DNA of 64,000 nt from NCBI GenBank assembly GCA_040217195.1, contig JAVJNR010000008.1, positions 416,001-480,000 of the forward strand. The letters run 5' to 3'. How positions within the stretch are numbered: the first letter of the stretch is position 1; the number at the start of each line of letters is the position of its first letter. Made by a program: the position numbers and the translations under genes. Source of the DNA: Leptospiraceae bacterium (GTDB lineage Bacteria > Spirochaetota > Leptospiria > Leptospirales > Leptonemataceae). Below the pieces are notes generated by a model. That model saw only the letters and a program-made list of their open reading frames with translations. It was not told where the DNA came from and ran no database searches. Below are positions 51,585 through 61,848 of the stretch, one piece after another.

Positions 51585-53606
51585 ATGTCCAAAAAAGACC
51601 ATGTGATCTATGATAAAGAAGGCAATCCCAGCCGGGATCGGCCATGGATCTTTAGAACGTACGGTGGCCATACCAATGTCTGGGAAACCAACAAACTCTA
51701 CCGCGAAGGTCTGAGTCGAGGTCAGACCGGACTGTCCATAGCATTTGATCTTCCCACCCAGTGCGGTTACAGCTCCAGCCATACCCTGGCCAAACCGGAA
51801 GTAGGCAAGGTTGGAGTTCCCATCAACTCCCTGGACGATTTTCATGTACTCTTCGATCAAATTCCAATCGAAGAAATGAACACTTCCATGACCATTAACG
51901 GCACAGCCATGTGGCTGCTTGCACTGTACGTGGCCCTGGCCAGAGAAAAAGGCGTGGAACTCAGCCAGCTTCAGGGAACTACCCAGAACGATCTGGTAAA
52001 AGAGTATTTAGCTCGAGGAACTTACATATTCCCCCCGGAAGCGAGCTTTCGACTGATTTCCGAGATGTATGAATATTGCATCAAAGAAATCCCAAAATGG
52101 AATCCATCCAACATCTGTTCCTATCACCTTCAGGAGGCTGGAGCTACTCCGGCCCAGGAACTGGCCTTTGCACTGGCCAATGCAATTGGTCTACTGGATA
52201 TAATCAAAGAACGAGGAAATCTTGAAAAAGAGCAGTTCGAGGAAGTAGTGGGTCGCATTAGTTTCTTCGTCAACGCAGGCATTCGCTTTGTGGAAGAAAT
52301 GTGTAAGATGCGAGCCTTCACCGAACTCTGGGAAGAGATAACCCGGGATCGGTATGGCGTAGATAATCCGAAGTTTCGCAGATTTCGCTACGGAGTTCAG
52401 GTTAACTCTCTGGGCCTTACCGAGAATCAGCCGGAGAATAATGCCTGGAGAATCCTTATGGAGACCCTGGGTGTGACTCTTAGCAAGAATGCACGATGTA
52501 GAGCTCTGCAACTGCCTGCCTGGAATGAGGCCCTATCCCTGCCCCGTCCCTGGGACCAGCAATGGTCCCTGCGGTTGCAACAAATCATGGCCTATGAAAC
52601 AGACCTTCTGGAATATCCAGACCTGTTCGATGGAAGCAAAGTTGTAGAATCCAAAGTTTCTGAGCTCAAGGATGCCACAAGAAGCGAAATCGACCGAATT
52701 CTGAAAATGGGTGGAATACGCTCCGCTGTAGAATCCGGTTATATGAAATCTGCACTGGTCAAATCCATGTCCGAGCGAATGAGCCGTATAAATACCGGCG
52801 AGCAGATCGTAGTAGGCGTGAACAAGTGGACCGAAGCAATCGATAGTCCTCTGCTTGGTGGCGAAGATGGTGGTGTATTCAAAGTGGATGCAGAAAGTGC
52901 AGATCGCACCGTACAATCCATGGAAGAGACCAGGTCCAAACGCGATCCGCAACGAGTTAAAAAGGCCCTGGAGGATTTAAAGAAAGCAGCCAATGAAGGA
53001 ACCAATTTGATGGAGCCTTCTGTGGAATGTGCTCTGGCGCGTGTGACCACCGGCGAATGGGCCGATGCACTTCGCCAGGTATTTGGAGAGTACAGACCAC
53101 CCACAGGGATTGATGGACAGAAGCTTTCCCTGGAAAACGATAGAGTAAATGCTCTTCGCAAGCGAGTGGAAGATTTTACAACAAAAGCCGGCCACAGACC
53201 TCGTATCGTGGTGGGTAAACCTGGTCTGGACGGGCATAGCAATGGGGCTGAAATGATTGCAGTGTCTGCAAGACATACAGGTTTCGATGTTATCTATTCT
53301 GGAATCCGTCTGACTCCTGAGGAAATAGTCCAAAGTGCTGTAGAAGAAAATGCAGATATAATTGGCATTTCCGTTCTGTCAGGATCGCATATGGAGCTGG
53401 CAGATCAGATCATAGAGGAATTGAAGAAAGCCGGAGCCTCGGATCATATTCCCGTGGTCTTTGGAGGAATCATTCCAAAAGCAGATTTCGAGGCACTGAC
53501 CGGCCGAGGAATTCGCAAGATCTTCACTCCTTCCGATTTCGAACTAATCGATATCATGGAAAAGATTTTCGATATAGTTGAAAAGAATCAGGCCGCCCTG
53601 GTTTGA
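51585..53606 (+). CDS. ecm: Ethylmalonyl-CoA mutase (MeaA), B12-dependent
   Basis: RPWIFRTYGGH, GQTGLSIAFDLPTQ, YGVQVNSLGLTE.QPENN, LQLPAWNEAL.LPRPWDQQWSLR; B12-binding GKPGLDGHSNGAE. Confidence 0.93.
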   Translation: MSKKDHVIYDKEGNPSRDRPWIFRTYGGHTNVWETNKLYREGLSRGQTGLSIAFDLPTQCGYSSSHTLAKPEVGKVGVPINSLDDFHVLFDQIPIEEMNTSMTINGTAMWLLALYVALAREKGVELSQLQGTTQNDLVKEYLARGTYIFPPEASFRLISEMYEYCIKEIPKWNPSNICSYHLQEAGATPAQELAFALANAIGLLDIIKERGNLEKEQFEEVVGRISFFVNAGIRFVEEMCKMRAFTELWEEITRDRYGVDNPKFRRFRYGVQVNSLGLTENQPENNAWRILMETLGVTLSKNARCRALQLPAWNEALSLPRPWDQQWSLRLQQIMAYETDLLEYPDLFDGSKVVESKVSELKDATRSEIDRILKMGGIRSAVESGYMKSALVKSMSERMSRINTGEQIVVGVNKWTEAIDSPLLGGEDGGVFKVDAESADRTVQSMEETRSKRDPQRVKKALEDLKKAANEGTNLMEPSVECALARVTTGEWADALRQVFGEYRPPTGIDGQKLSLENDRVNALRKRVEDFTTKAGHRPRIVVGKPGLDGHSNGAEMIAVSARHTGFDVIYSGIRLTPEEIVQSAVEENADIIGISVLSGSHMELADQIIEELKKAGASDHIPVVFGGIIPKADFEALTGRGIRKIFTPSDFELIDIMEKIFDIVEKNQAALV

Positions 53607-53622
53607 TCCATCAGGGAATACA

Positions 53623-53657
53623 AAGGCGATGCTTCCATTATCCGAAGCATCGTCCTT
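53623..53657. other. Intergenic stem-loop between ecm and meaB
   Basis: AAGGCGATGCTTC...GAAGCATCGTCCTT; no U-tract, possibly an mRNA-stabilising hairpin. Confidence 0.45.
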
Positions 53658-53689
53658 GAGCATCTTTAGCTCAGAAGGAAACTCTGTAA

Positions 53690-54700
53690 ATGCCCGACCC
53701 CATAGAATTGATTCCCGCAGCCTTTAATCGGCAGAAATTCGCCATTGCACGGCTGGTCTCTCTGTTCGAAGACCCAAGACCGGAAGCAGCCCTGAAGCGA
53801 AAGGAAGTTCTAGAAACAATGCAATCCTCCCGAAAGTCCCGTAGAGGAATGTTTCTGGGTTTTACAGGTACCCCCGGCGCTGGAAAATCCACTCTTGTAG
53901 GCGAACTGGCCAACAGGTTCATCCAGCAGAATCCGAATAAGAGCCTGGCAGTACTGGCAGTTGATCCATCTTCCCACGTTTCTGGTGGTTCCATTCTGGG
54001 TGATCGCACCAGGGTTCGATTTTCCCTGGGCGATGATCGATTGTATTTTCGCAGCCAGGCCTCAGATCAGGAGCTGGGCGGAATCAGCCGAACGACGTTT
54101 TCCGTGCTGCGGCTGCTCTATCATATCTTTGATGTAATCATCATTGAAACCGTTGGAATAGGCCAGAGCGAAATTGAAATTCAGCAAACCGCCGATCGAG
54201 TGTTCCTATTGCTGCAGCCACTGGCCGGAGATCAGATCCAATTTATGAAAGCCGGTATCATGGAGATCCCGGATACATTTATCATTAACAAATCGGATGA
54301 AAAGGAAGCAGCAGAACGCACATTCCATGCCCTCAGAGCCAGTCTGCAATTGATTCGCCCGGGGGAAGCCCGGGTTCCCATCTTTCGCACCAGCGCCCTG
54401 ACCGGTATGGGGCTCAACGAGGTTCTGGATTACTGGAATTCTCTATTCAAAGAACGCACTGACCCGGCCGCGCTGGATGCATCTTTGTACCGACGAGAGG
54501 TTTACTATTTTGAGAAATGGGTGAAGGATGAACTGGGTCGCCAGGGACTGCGAATGCTGGCAGACCTGGGCGGGCCCAGGCATCTGATGGACAGTGCAAA
54601 TGGATTCGACGGAGCTCAAAAAGCCATTCTGGAAGTGGTAAATCGCTCTTTGAGCCAGCTGGAATCAGAAGTGACAGAGTCAATTACAGAGAAATCCTGA
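53690..54700 (+). CDS. meaB: MeaB/ArgK-family GTPase chaperone of B12 mutase
   Basis: GFTGTPGAGKST, LAVDPSS..SGGSILGDRTR, ETVGIGQSE, Q.MKAGIMEI, INKSD. Confidence 0.93.
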   Translation: MPDPIELIPAAFNRQKFAIARLVSLFEDPRPEAALKRKEVLETMQSSRKSRRGMFLGFTGTPGAGKSTLVGELANRFIQQNPNKSLAVLAVDPSSHVSGGSILGDRTRVRFSLGDDRLYFRSQASDQELGGISRTTFSVLRLLYHIFDVIIIETVGIGQSEIEIQQTADRVFLLLQPLAGDQIQFMKAGIMEIPDTFIINKSDEKEAAERTFHALRASLQLIRPGEARVPIFRTSALTGMGLNEVLDYWNSLFKERTDPAALDASLYRREVYYFEKWVKDELGRQGLRMLADLGGPRHLMDSANGFDGAQKAILEVVNRSLSQLESEVTESITEKS

Positions 54701-54840
54701 GCAGGAATTCTAAGATGACCAGAAAGTCAAATCGCTGATCAGGTTTCGAAGAATTCGTCAAATGCGAGGTTCTGAGCTACTTAATCGAGCAATCATTGGA
54801 GCTGCATTGGCAACGGCCAACTAGATTAGAAGGAAATAAT

Positions 54841-55962
54841 ATGCAAAACGTAGGACTGGTATTCGGAGGGAAATCGGCGGAGCATGAAATATCCATCCTC
54901 TCGGCTCGAAACATAGATAGAATCCTCAAGGAAATATCGCTGGAAGTTGTCTGGATCTATTTGAATAGACGGGGAGCTTTCTTTCTTGTTGATTGCGGGC
55001 AATTCCCTTCTGAAAAAGATCTGGAGACCCTAAACGAACTGAGTGAAAGCTCCGAAGCCACCACTGCGATTAAGGCTGGCTCTTCGAAAGGGCATCCCCT
55101 GGGACTACATCCCGGTAGTTTTAATCCTCTACGAAAAACTGAAAATGGCGAAGCGGTGGACGTTGACATTTTCTTTCCGATTGTACACGGTACCGGAGGC
55201 GAAGATGGAATCCTCCAGGGACTCTTCCATACCCTGGATCGACCTTTTGTGGGCTGCGATGTATTCGCATCCGCCCTGGGAATGGATAAGAGTGCCATGA
55301 AAGTTCACTTGAAGGAGACAGGCATTCCGTCCGCCAGATACAAGGTACTTCGTAGTAATGAACGAAATCAGATTAACTATGAAAACATTACGTCCGAACT
55401 TGGTTCGCCGGTATTTATCAAGCCTTCCCGACAGGGCTCTTCGGTGGGAGTGAGCCGGGCTACCGATCAAATCAGCTTTCAGAAAGCATGTGATATGGCC
55501 TTTCGCTTCGATGATTGCATCCTGGTGGAAGAACAAATCGCCGGAAAGGAAATTGAATGTGCGGTTCTGGGAAACGAAGACCCCAGAGCCAGCATTATTG
55601 GACAGATACTTCCAAAGGACGGATTCTATTCCTATGAATCCAAGTATATCGATGCAGAGGGCGCGAAGCTTTTGATTCCGGCAGATATTACCGAAAATCA
55701 GTCGTACAGGGTTCAACAACTGGCCCTGGAAACCTACCGGACCCTGTATTGCGAAGGACTGGCACGGGTGGATTGCTTCTTAACCGACGATGATCGAATC
55801 TATGTAAACGAAATCAATACTCTACCTGGTTTTACAGATATCAGTATGTATCCCACACTCTGGGAAAAATCTGGCCTTACGCGACCAGATCTATTACGAA
55901 GTCTACTGGACCTGGCACTTCAGCGAAAGAAAAAAAAGGACTCTCTGGAGACCAGGCATTAG
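54841..55962 (+). CDS. ddl: D-alanine--D-alanine ligase
   Basis: FGGKSAEHEIS, HGTGGEDG, MDK, KPSRQGSSVG, YSYESKY, NEINTLPGFT..SMYP. Confidence 0.96.
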   Translation: MQNVGLVFGGKSAEHEISILSARNIDRILKEISLEVVWIYLNRRGAFFLVDCGQFPSEKDLETLNELSESSEATTAIKAGSSKGHPLGLHPGSFNPLRKTENGEAVDVDIFFPIVHGTGGEDGILQGLFHTLDRPFVGCDVFASALGMDKSAMKVHLKETGIPSARYKVLRSNERNQINYENITSELGSPVFIKPSRQGSSVGVSRATDQISFQKACDMAFRFDDCILVEEQIAGKEIECAVLGNEDPRASIIGQILPKDGFYSYESKYIDAEGAKLLIPADITENQSYRVQQLALETYRTLYCEGLARVDCFLTDDDRIYVNEINTLPGFTDISMYPTLWEKSGLTRPDLLRSLLDLALQRKKKKDSLETRH

Positions 55963-56043
55963 CCTCCAGCAAGAATGGTTGTAATTGGATTCAGGCTCTT
56001 TAAGTTCAGGGCCCGGCTATGTGTCAGAGAAATCCAGCCGCGC

Positions 56044-56409
56044 CTATTTTACTCCAGCTTCCTTTAGATGCTTTCCGATTCGAAAGAATAGAATGTTAAA
56101 GAACATTCTGAAATCCGAGAACAGCGATTTAAATGGGGCTTTAAAAGTGGCCGGACGGTTCTTTTCTACGAAAAAGTGACCGAACCAGGCAAATCCATAA
56201 CCGCATACCGGCATAGCCAGAAGTAGCCACCAGTTCTGTAGCGCGATGGCAAGTCCCAGAATAATAAATACGCCCGCAGTACCCACAAAGTGAATGGCCC
56301 GATTCCACGGATCCGCATGTTCGCCCAGATAGAAATGCCAGAATTCTTTGTAGGTGGCCCAGGTCTGTTCTGGAGCTTCCTTCTCTACTGTTGCTGTTTG
56401 AGTCGTCAT
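56044..56409 (-). CDS. DUF962/Mpo1-like membrane protein
   Basis: FWHFYLGEH...NRAIHFVGT, GYGFAWFGHFFVEKNRPATF; AGGGGG RBS. Confidence 0.9.
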   Translation of the reverse strand: MTTQTATVEKEAPEQTWATYKEFWHFYLGEHADPWNRAIHFVGTAGVFIILGLAIALQNWWLLLAMPVCGYGFAWFGHFFVEKNRPATFKAPFKSLFSDFRMFFNILFFRIGKHLKEAGVK

Positions 56410-56662
56410 GATTTCCCCCTGAGAAGTTCGCACCTCTCTGTAACAAGTATAACAATGCCCCATACTCTCTTTCAAGCTGAATTTGCCCGTCGCTGACTAC
56501 ACCGGGATGGAACATGTATCCTTACGATGAGACTCCCACTGAAGGGCTACCCGCTCCCGCAAATCAGAGCAGATAGTGCAACTGAAGGGCTAATGGCACA
56601 ACTGATACAGAGACCCGCAGAAAAGGATTTACGCTGTGCTCTCGGAATTGAACATCCGAACT

Positions 56663-57460
56663 ATGAGCGGAAAAAGCATAGGTTTTCTGGGATTCGGAAA
56701 AATGGCACAATCCATTGCCGCCGGAATCACGGATCAAAGCTTTCGACTGAATTATTTCGATGCGGCGCCTGGCTCGGCGGATCTTCATGATCGGGCCAGA
56801 GAGATGAAGGTAGATCGAAGTCCTACGGCCCGGGAACTGGAAACTGGCTGCGATGTTCTTCTCATTTGTGTAAAGCCTCAGGATCTATCCACAGCTCTAA
56901 ACTCACTGGAAGGCAATCGGGATTATATTTCCATCGCCGCTGGAGTGTCTGTGGCTGAAATTATAAGCTATCTGCCCAATGCCAGCGCCCGGGTCGCCCG
57001 GGTCATGCCAAACCTTGGGGCTACCATCGGACAGAGTGTGAGCGGCATTTATTGTCCTTCAGAGGAGCTGAAAGAGCTAACCATGGAGCTATTTTCGGGC
57101 ATGGGCATGGCATTTGCTGTGCAGAAGGAAGAACAGATGCATGCTGTTACAGCTCTCAGCGGCTCCGGGCCAGCCTATGCATTTCTATTCCTGCAGAGCA
57201 TGGGAGAAGCTGGCATAAAGCAGGGAATTCCTGCCGGGCAATCCTTTGAAATGGCAGCAAGGACCATCCGGGCTGCCATGGATTTATTTCTGGAATCCGG
57301 CGATCATCCAGCAGAGTGGATTACCAGGGTGAGTTCTCCGGCCGGAACCACCATTGAGGGCCTGGCAGCTCTGGAAGATCATGGGGTGCGCGGAGCCATC
57401 ATCCGAGCCGTGGAAGCAGCAGCGGACCGTAGCCGGGAACTGGGAAGAAAAGGCAGCTAA
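56663..57460 (+). CDS. proC: Pyrroline-5-carboxylate reductase
   Basis: IGFLGFGKM, VKPQ, SIAAG, RVMPN, ALSGSGPAY, VSSPAGTTI.GL..LE. Confidence 0.95.
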   Translation: MSGKSIGFLGFGKMAQSIAAGITDQSFRLNYFDAAPGSADLHDRAREMKVDRSPTARELETGCDVLLICVKPQDLSTALNSLEGNRDYISIAAGVSVAEIISYLPNASARVARVMPNLGATIGQSVSGIYCPSEELKELTMELFSGMGMAFAVQKEEQMHAVTALSGSGPAYAFLFLQSMGEAGIKQGIPAGQSFEMAARTIRAAMDLFLESGDHPAEWITRVSSPAGTTIEGLAALEDHGVRGAIIRAVEAAADRSRELGRKGS

Positions 57461-57500
57461 TGCTCGGGGTTTTTTCCTTGAGCCGCCATGGGGGATATCG

Positions 57501-58121
57501 ATGCTGCTCCAGATGAACGCTGCAGCCGCTTTCAAAATCTTTGAACAGACCATTCTGGATTATCATAAGACGGACCATGTGGATGCACCCATGAAGAATC
57601 CGCATCCGGACGGAACGCTTGAGGCGTTGCTGTATCGAAAAAACTGGATCGATACAGTACAATGGCATCTGGAAGATATTGTTCGAGAACCGGAAATCAA
57701 TCCCCAAGAAGGACTGGCGCTTAAGAGACGTATCGACAGTTCCAATCAGGACAGAACCAATGTTGTGGAACTTGTAGATGATATGTACATTGAGATGCTG
57801 AAAGAAGCAAAACCTCAGCCGGATGCACGTTTGAACACCGAAAGTCCGGGCTGGGCTATGGATCGGCTGAGTATCCTTGCATTGAAGATTTATCATATGA
57901 AAGAACAGGTGGAGCGCACAGATGCATCACCGGATCATATTCAAAAGTGCCAGTCCAAACTTGATGTTCTTATGGAACAGAAATCTGATTTGATCCGTGC
58001 ATTTGATGAATTGATCGAAGACATTCAAGCAGGTAAGAGATTTGCCAAAGTCTACAGGCAGATGAAAATGTACAACGATGAATCCCTGAACCCTGTTCTG
58101 TACGCCAAGTCCAAAAACTGA
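57501..58121 (+). CDS. DUF4254-family protein
   Basis: KNWIDTVQWHLED, LKRRIDSSNQDRT, NTESPGWAMDRLSILALKIYHM, YRQMKMYND. Start 57501 or 57513. Confidence 0.88.
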   Translation: MLLQMNAAAAFKIFEQTILDYHKTDHVDAPMKNPHPDGTLEALLYRKNWIDTVQWHLEDIVREPEINPQEGLALKRRIDSSNQDRTNVVELVDDMYIEMLKEAKPQPDARLNTESPGWAMDRLSILALKIYHMKEQVERTDASPDHIQKCQSKLDVLMEQKSDLIRAFDELIEDIQAGKRFAKVYRQMKMYNDESLNPVLYAKSKN

Positions 58122-58123
58122 GC

Positions 58124-59197
58124 ATGCATCTTCTGATACTCAGATTCTCGGCCATGGGCGATGTTGCCCTGCTTGTGCCTGTGCTCAGCGCAATGGCTGG
58201 CAAATATAGTAATATTCGCATGACTCTGGTGACACGCAGAGCCTTTGAACCCTTCTTTTTCAACATACCTGGAGTAGAAGTAATTGGAGTAGATCTGAAG
58301 CAACCTCAGTATAGAGGCTTGAAAGGGATCTACCGTTTGTATAGAGAGCTTCGAGTTCTGGGTCCCTACGATCATGGTATCGATGTACATGGCTCCACGC
58401 GATCCAGGATCCTTCGCTTTCTTTTTAAGTTTCAGGGACTGAAATTCTCCAGCATTGTAAAAGGCAGGCGCGAAAAGCTAAAACAGACTCGAAGGAAGCG
58501 AAAGAAACTATTCCCATTGCCTCATGTAGTCGAGAGATATCTACATGTTTTCGAACGAGCGGGCTTACATGCGAAGCCTGATCGAGGGCCCTGGATAAGT
58601 CCAGATACACGTAGCCGTGCCCTGGCCACCGACTTTCTGAAGAAAAATGACATTGGTAGAAAGGAAGGTTACTGGATTGGAATTGCACCTTTCGCGGGTC
58701 ATCGTCCTAAAACCTGGCCTTTTGTTCATGTACATGAGCTGGTCAGTCTGCTGAATCGTAACATGAAATGCAGGATATTTCTGTTCGGTGGTGGAAAGCA
58801 GGAAATAGAACAGCTGAAGATTCTGGAAGAAAGCTTTCCCGGAGTAACAACCATGGTGGCCGGCAATCTGAGTATTGAAGGTGAAATGGCACTTATCATG
58901 CGGCTGGATCTGATGCTGGCAATGGACTCCTTTAACATGCATATCGCAGCGCTTCTGGGAACCAGGGTTCTGTCCATCTGGGGAGCCACACATCATTATT
59001 CCGGTTTTGGTCCTTACGGTCAGGATGAAAGAGCGATCATGGAAGTTCCGGTGGAAAAACTACCCTGTCGTCCCTGCTCCATCTTCGGAAATAAGAAATG
59101 CTATCGCCGGGACCTGGCCTGCATGAACTGGATCGCCCCTCTGGACGTGTTTCGCAGGATTGAAAGCCGACTGCTGGAAAGAAACAGTCCTGTCTAA
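58124..59197 (+). CDS. GT9 glycosyltransferase (heptosyltransferase-like)
   Basis: LRFSAMGDV, DVH, GIAPFA..K.WP, MDS.NMHIAA, WGATH, LPCRPCSIFG..CYR.D.AC. Confidence 0.9.
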   Translation: MHLLILRFSAMGDVALLVPVLSAMAGKYSNIRMTLVTRRAFEPFFFNIPGVEVIGVDLKQPQYRGLKGIYRLYRELRVLGPYDHGIDVHGSTRSRILRFLFKFQGLKFSSIVKGRREKLKQTRRKRKKLFPLPHVVERYLHVFERAGLHAKPDRGPWISPDTRSRALATDFLKKNDIGRKEGYWIGIAPFAGHRPKTWPFVHVHELVSLLNRNMKCRIFLFGGGKQEIEQLKILEESFPGVTTMVAGNLSIEGEMALIMRLDLMLAMDSFNMHIAALLGTRVLSIWGATHHYSGFGPYGQDERAIMEVPVEKLPCRPCSIFGNKKCYRRDLACMNWIAPLDVFRRIESRLLERNSPV

Positions 59198-59326
59198 ACA
59201 CAAAGCAAAAATGCCTGGCTGAACCACCGGCGCCTAGTTAGCGGACCAGAAGACCAGCATTAGACTGGCCTGCCAGGCGTTGTGAATAACTTTTACAACC
59301 AGGCAAATAGCCGCTGTCCCGGAGGC

Positions 59327-60412
59327 CTACCGACCCCGTTTCCAGATAAGCCAGAATCCAATGAATGCAAATATGGCTGTGGGTCCCCACCCTGCAATTA
59401 CCGGAGGCACAACTCCCGCCATACCCAGGTTTTCACCCACTTCAAAAGTTAGCTGGTAAAAGAATATTGTGGCCGTGGATAGAAGAAGGCTCCGAATGAG
59501 CGGACCTCCGGACCGCAGGGATCCCATACTTCCAGCAACCGAACCAACCACAGCTACAATCAAAACCATGAAAGGAAATGAAAGGGAGCGATGAAAATGA
59601 ACCAGATACTGCACCGTGGAAAACCCATATTGTTCTCTAAACTCAATTTCTTCCAGTAGCTCCGTAAGGCTCAGCTCCGCAGGATTGACCTTTGGATTGG
59701 AAAAGAATTCCAGCTCCTCTGGAAAATCCATAACAAGAGACTCTTTGAATTCGGTTTTCGTAACGTTTAGTTTCTGATCCAGATGCACATCTTTCACAAC
59801 CTGCAATGTCCAGGTACCATCTTCGTTGTACTGTGCGGATAGAGCCTGCACCATTCGCACAGGCTTATCCTCCTCATTCACTTTCATGTAATGAAAGCCG
59901 CCAATGATACGATTTCTATCCCGATCAAAAAAATAGATAAAATAGTAACCTTCTTTTCCTCGAAGATTTCGCTGCCAGACTACATCCCTGGCCTGCCTGG
60001 TGTTTTTCTTGTATTGAGCAATGTATTCCTGAGCTTTTCGGTTGGAAGGAGTCACCACCTGGTCCTGGAAAACAATGGTACCGACACTTACAATGGCAGC
60101 TACAATATAAATGGATACAATGGCGCGATAAAAGGAAGTACCTGCAGAGTAGATCGCCACCAGCTCTCGTGCCATGGCGAACTGCGCCACCACAAAGCAA
60201 ACAGAGAACATCATGGCTGCCGGAGTCACAAATACAGCTATCTGAGGTAGGCTATAAACATAATGCCATCGAAGTAGCTCTTTGGGTTCTGTGCTATCTA
60301 TCTTTTGAGTATCAAGCACCTGAAGGGCAAGAAAGACGATGGTCAGTCCCACAAGAGCCAGGGCAAACGCTTTGAGAAATTCAAAGCCAATGTATCGGTC
60401 CAGGATTTTCAT
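59327..60412 (-). CDS. LptF/LptG-family LPS export permease
   Basis: ILDRYI, ELVAIYSAGTS, 3 TM + periplasmic beta domain + 3 TM, PPVIAGWGP. Confidence 0.9.
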   Translation of the reverse strand: MKILDRYIGFEFLKAFALALVGLTIVFLALQVLDTQKIDSTEPKELLRWHYVYSLPQIAVFVTPAAMMFSVCFVVAQFAMARELVAIYSAGTSFYRAIVSIYIVAAIVSVGTIVFQDQVVTPSNRKAQEYIAQYKKNTRQARDVVWQRNLRGKEGYYFIYFFDRDRNRIIGGFHYMKVNEEDKPVRMVQALSAQYNEDGTWTLQVVKDVHLDQKLNVTKTEFKESLVMDFPEELEFFSNPKVNPAELSLTELLEEIEFREQYGFSTVQYLVHFHRSLSFPFMVLIVAVVGSVAGSMGSLRSGGPLIRSLLLSTATIFFYQLTFEVGENLGMAGVVPPVIAGWGPTAIFAFIGFWLIWKRGR

Positions 60413-60422
60413 AAATACCAGG

Positions 60423-61181
60423 CTAGAAAGTCAGAAGCCTGCCTGGATCAAAGAGCACATCCGACCATGGAAGGCCCGCCGCATGACCCAGCAGGGCCAG
60501 ACTGAGACATCCGGCCAGAGGGACAATAAGGTTATCATCAATCAATCCTCGAAAGCCAGTTACAGAAAAAAACTCTGCGATACCTGCACCCACAGAGCTG
60601 AGAAGTAAAATCGCAAGCCACCAGTAACCGGGTCCAATCTCAGATCCGTATAACCAGAAAATACTCGAATGGGCTTCCAGATACGTGTGCAGGCTCAGAA
60701 ATCCAGCGCAGGCCAAAAATCCTGCAAAGATAAATCCCAGAGCTCCCTCCAGGGATTTACCGTTGAAGAATCGAAGTCTGCCAAAGCGCATACCAAAATA
60801 GGCCGCAGCTGGATCGCCAATCATGAGAAACAAGCAGGACAGTACAACAATTTCATCGGAAAAGAAAAGATACAGTAGAAGATTGGCAAACAGGTAAGGC
60901 ACCGTACCATTATATCTGTCTCTCTCCTCTTCTTTCATAAGAGGACCTACCAGATTAATGAAGAATCGGTTAAAGGATGAATTGTTTAGTCGTACGCTAT
61001 CTACCACAATGAGCAAAACTGTGGCTGAAGCCAGCAAACCAATGCCCACCCAGCGAGACCCATGCTTGAATTCAGGCCAGATCATGTGAATTGGATCCAC
61101 ATAAACAAAAAGCGGCACAATGAGTCCAAGTAGGTGCCATGCTTTCCGATAAAAGTTAAAGGAACTGCCGGACTGGCCCAT
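60423..61181 (-). CDS. CTP-dependent diacylglycerol/polyprenol kinase family membrane protein
   Basis: RKAWH, GDPAAA..G, KSLEG, DDNL motifs. Confidence 0.85.
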   Translation of the reverse strand: MGQSGSSFNFYRKAWHLLGLIVPLFVYVDPIHMIWPEFKHGSRWVGIGLLASATVLLIVVDSVRLNNSSFNRFFINLVGPLMKEEERDRYNGTVPYLFANLLLYLFFSDEIVVLSCLFLMIGDPAAAYFGMRFGRLRFFNGKSLEGALGFIFAGFLACAGFLSLHTYLEAHSSIFWLYGSEIGPGYWWLAILLLSSVGAGIAEFFSVTGFRGLIDDNLIVPLAGCLSLALLGHAAGLPWSDVLFDPGRLLTF

Positions 61182-61281
61182 AAACGAGGCAATGGTCTCT
61201 GGCCTTGCTCATTTTTCCACCATTTACCGGATTATTTGGCGCTTGACAGCAGAAAACAAATGCATCAGTAAGAAGGCACCC

Positions 61282-61677
61282 TTGAAGTTAAAAGTTATTC
61301 ATCTACTCAGGCGACTGGAAAGGATCGAACGCGACCTGGAGGAGCTGGACGGAATGCTTTCCGGCCTGCCCATGGACAGGGAGTATTCTATTCGCCTTCG
61401 GGATTCTCTGATCGAGGAGTCCTCCCGATTGAAGGATTTCAAACAGAAAATCCTCACCCAGAGAGTGATTTCCGAAGGTTCGGCCACACTGGCTGAAACA
61501 GCCGCAACGGAAGAAAGCTCAGAGGTAAGCATACAGCTTCCTTCCAAAGAGGCTGTAAGTAATGGTCGTTCCAAACCCAGGCCAGCCAGAAAAACCCAGG
61601 CTCCGGCCGCCAGACCGGCGACCACTGATACAAAGCAGGAAACAGAAAAACCAGCCTTCGAATTTCGCTTCGAGTAG
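61282..61677 (+). CDS. Hypothetical coiled-coil protein
   Basis: Probable TTG start after AGAAGG; coiled-coil N-half and low-complexity C-half ending FEFRFE. Confidence 0.6.
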   Translation: MKLKVIHLLRRLERIERDLEELDGMLSGLPMDREYSIRLRDSLIEESSRLKDFKQKILTQRVISEGSATLAETAATEESSEVSIQLPSKEAVSNGRSKPRPARKTQAPAARPATTDTKQETEKPAFEFRFE

Positions 61678-61848
61678 CTTCCATACTGGCCCTGCAAAAC
61701 CAAACTGAGTTTCCTGACCAGGGGCATTCTACCAAAATTGACTGCAGGCCCCTTTCCCATTTCTGAGTTTAAGTCACCGAAGGAAATGAGCATGACCGAG
61801 CCTTTCTTTAGTCTTTGACTCCCAGCAGAACGGGCCGAACCTGGGCTT

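Noticed and set aside
55129..55719. Long antisense ORFs (e.g. 196 aa opposite ddl; also opposite sucCD, ecm, ilvD and the kinase)
   Set aside because: Shadow ORFs of well-conserved genes with no independent protein features.
56547..56610. Short imperfect repeats (ACTGAAGGGCTA x2) between the DUF962 gene and proC
   Set aside because: Only two 12-bp copies; not distinguishable from chance without conservation data.
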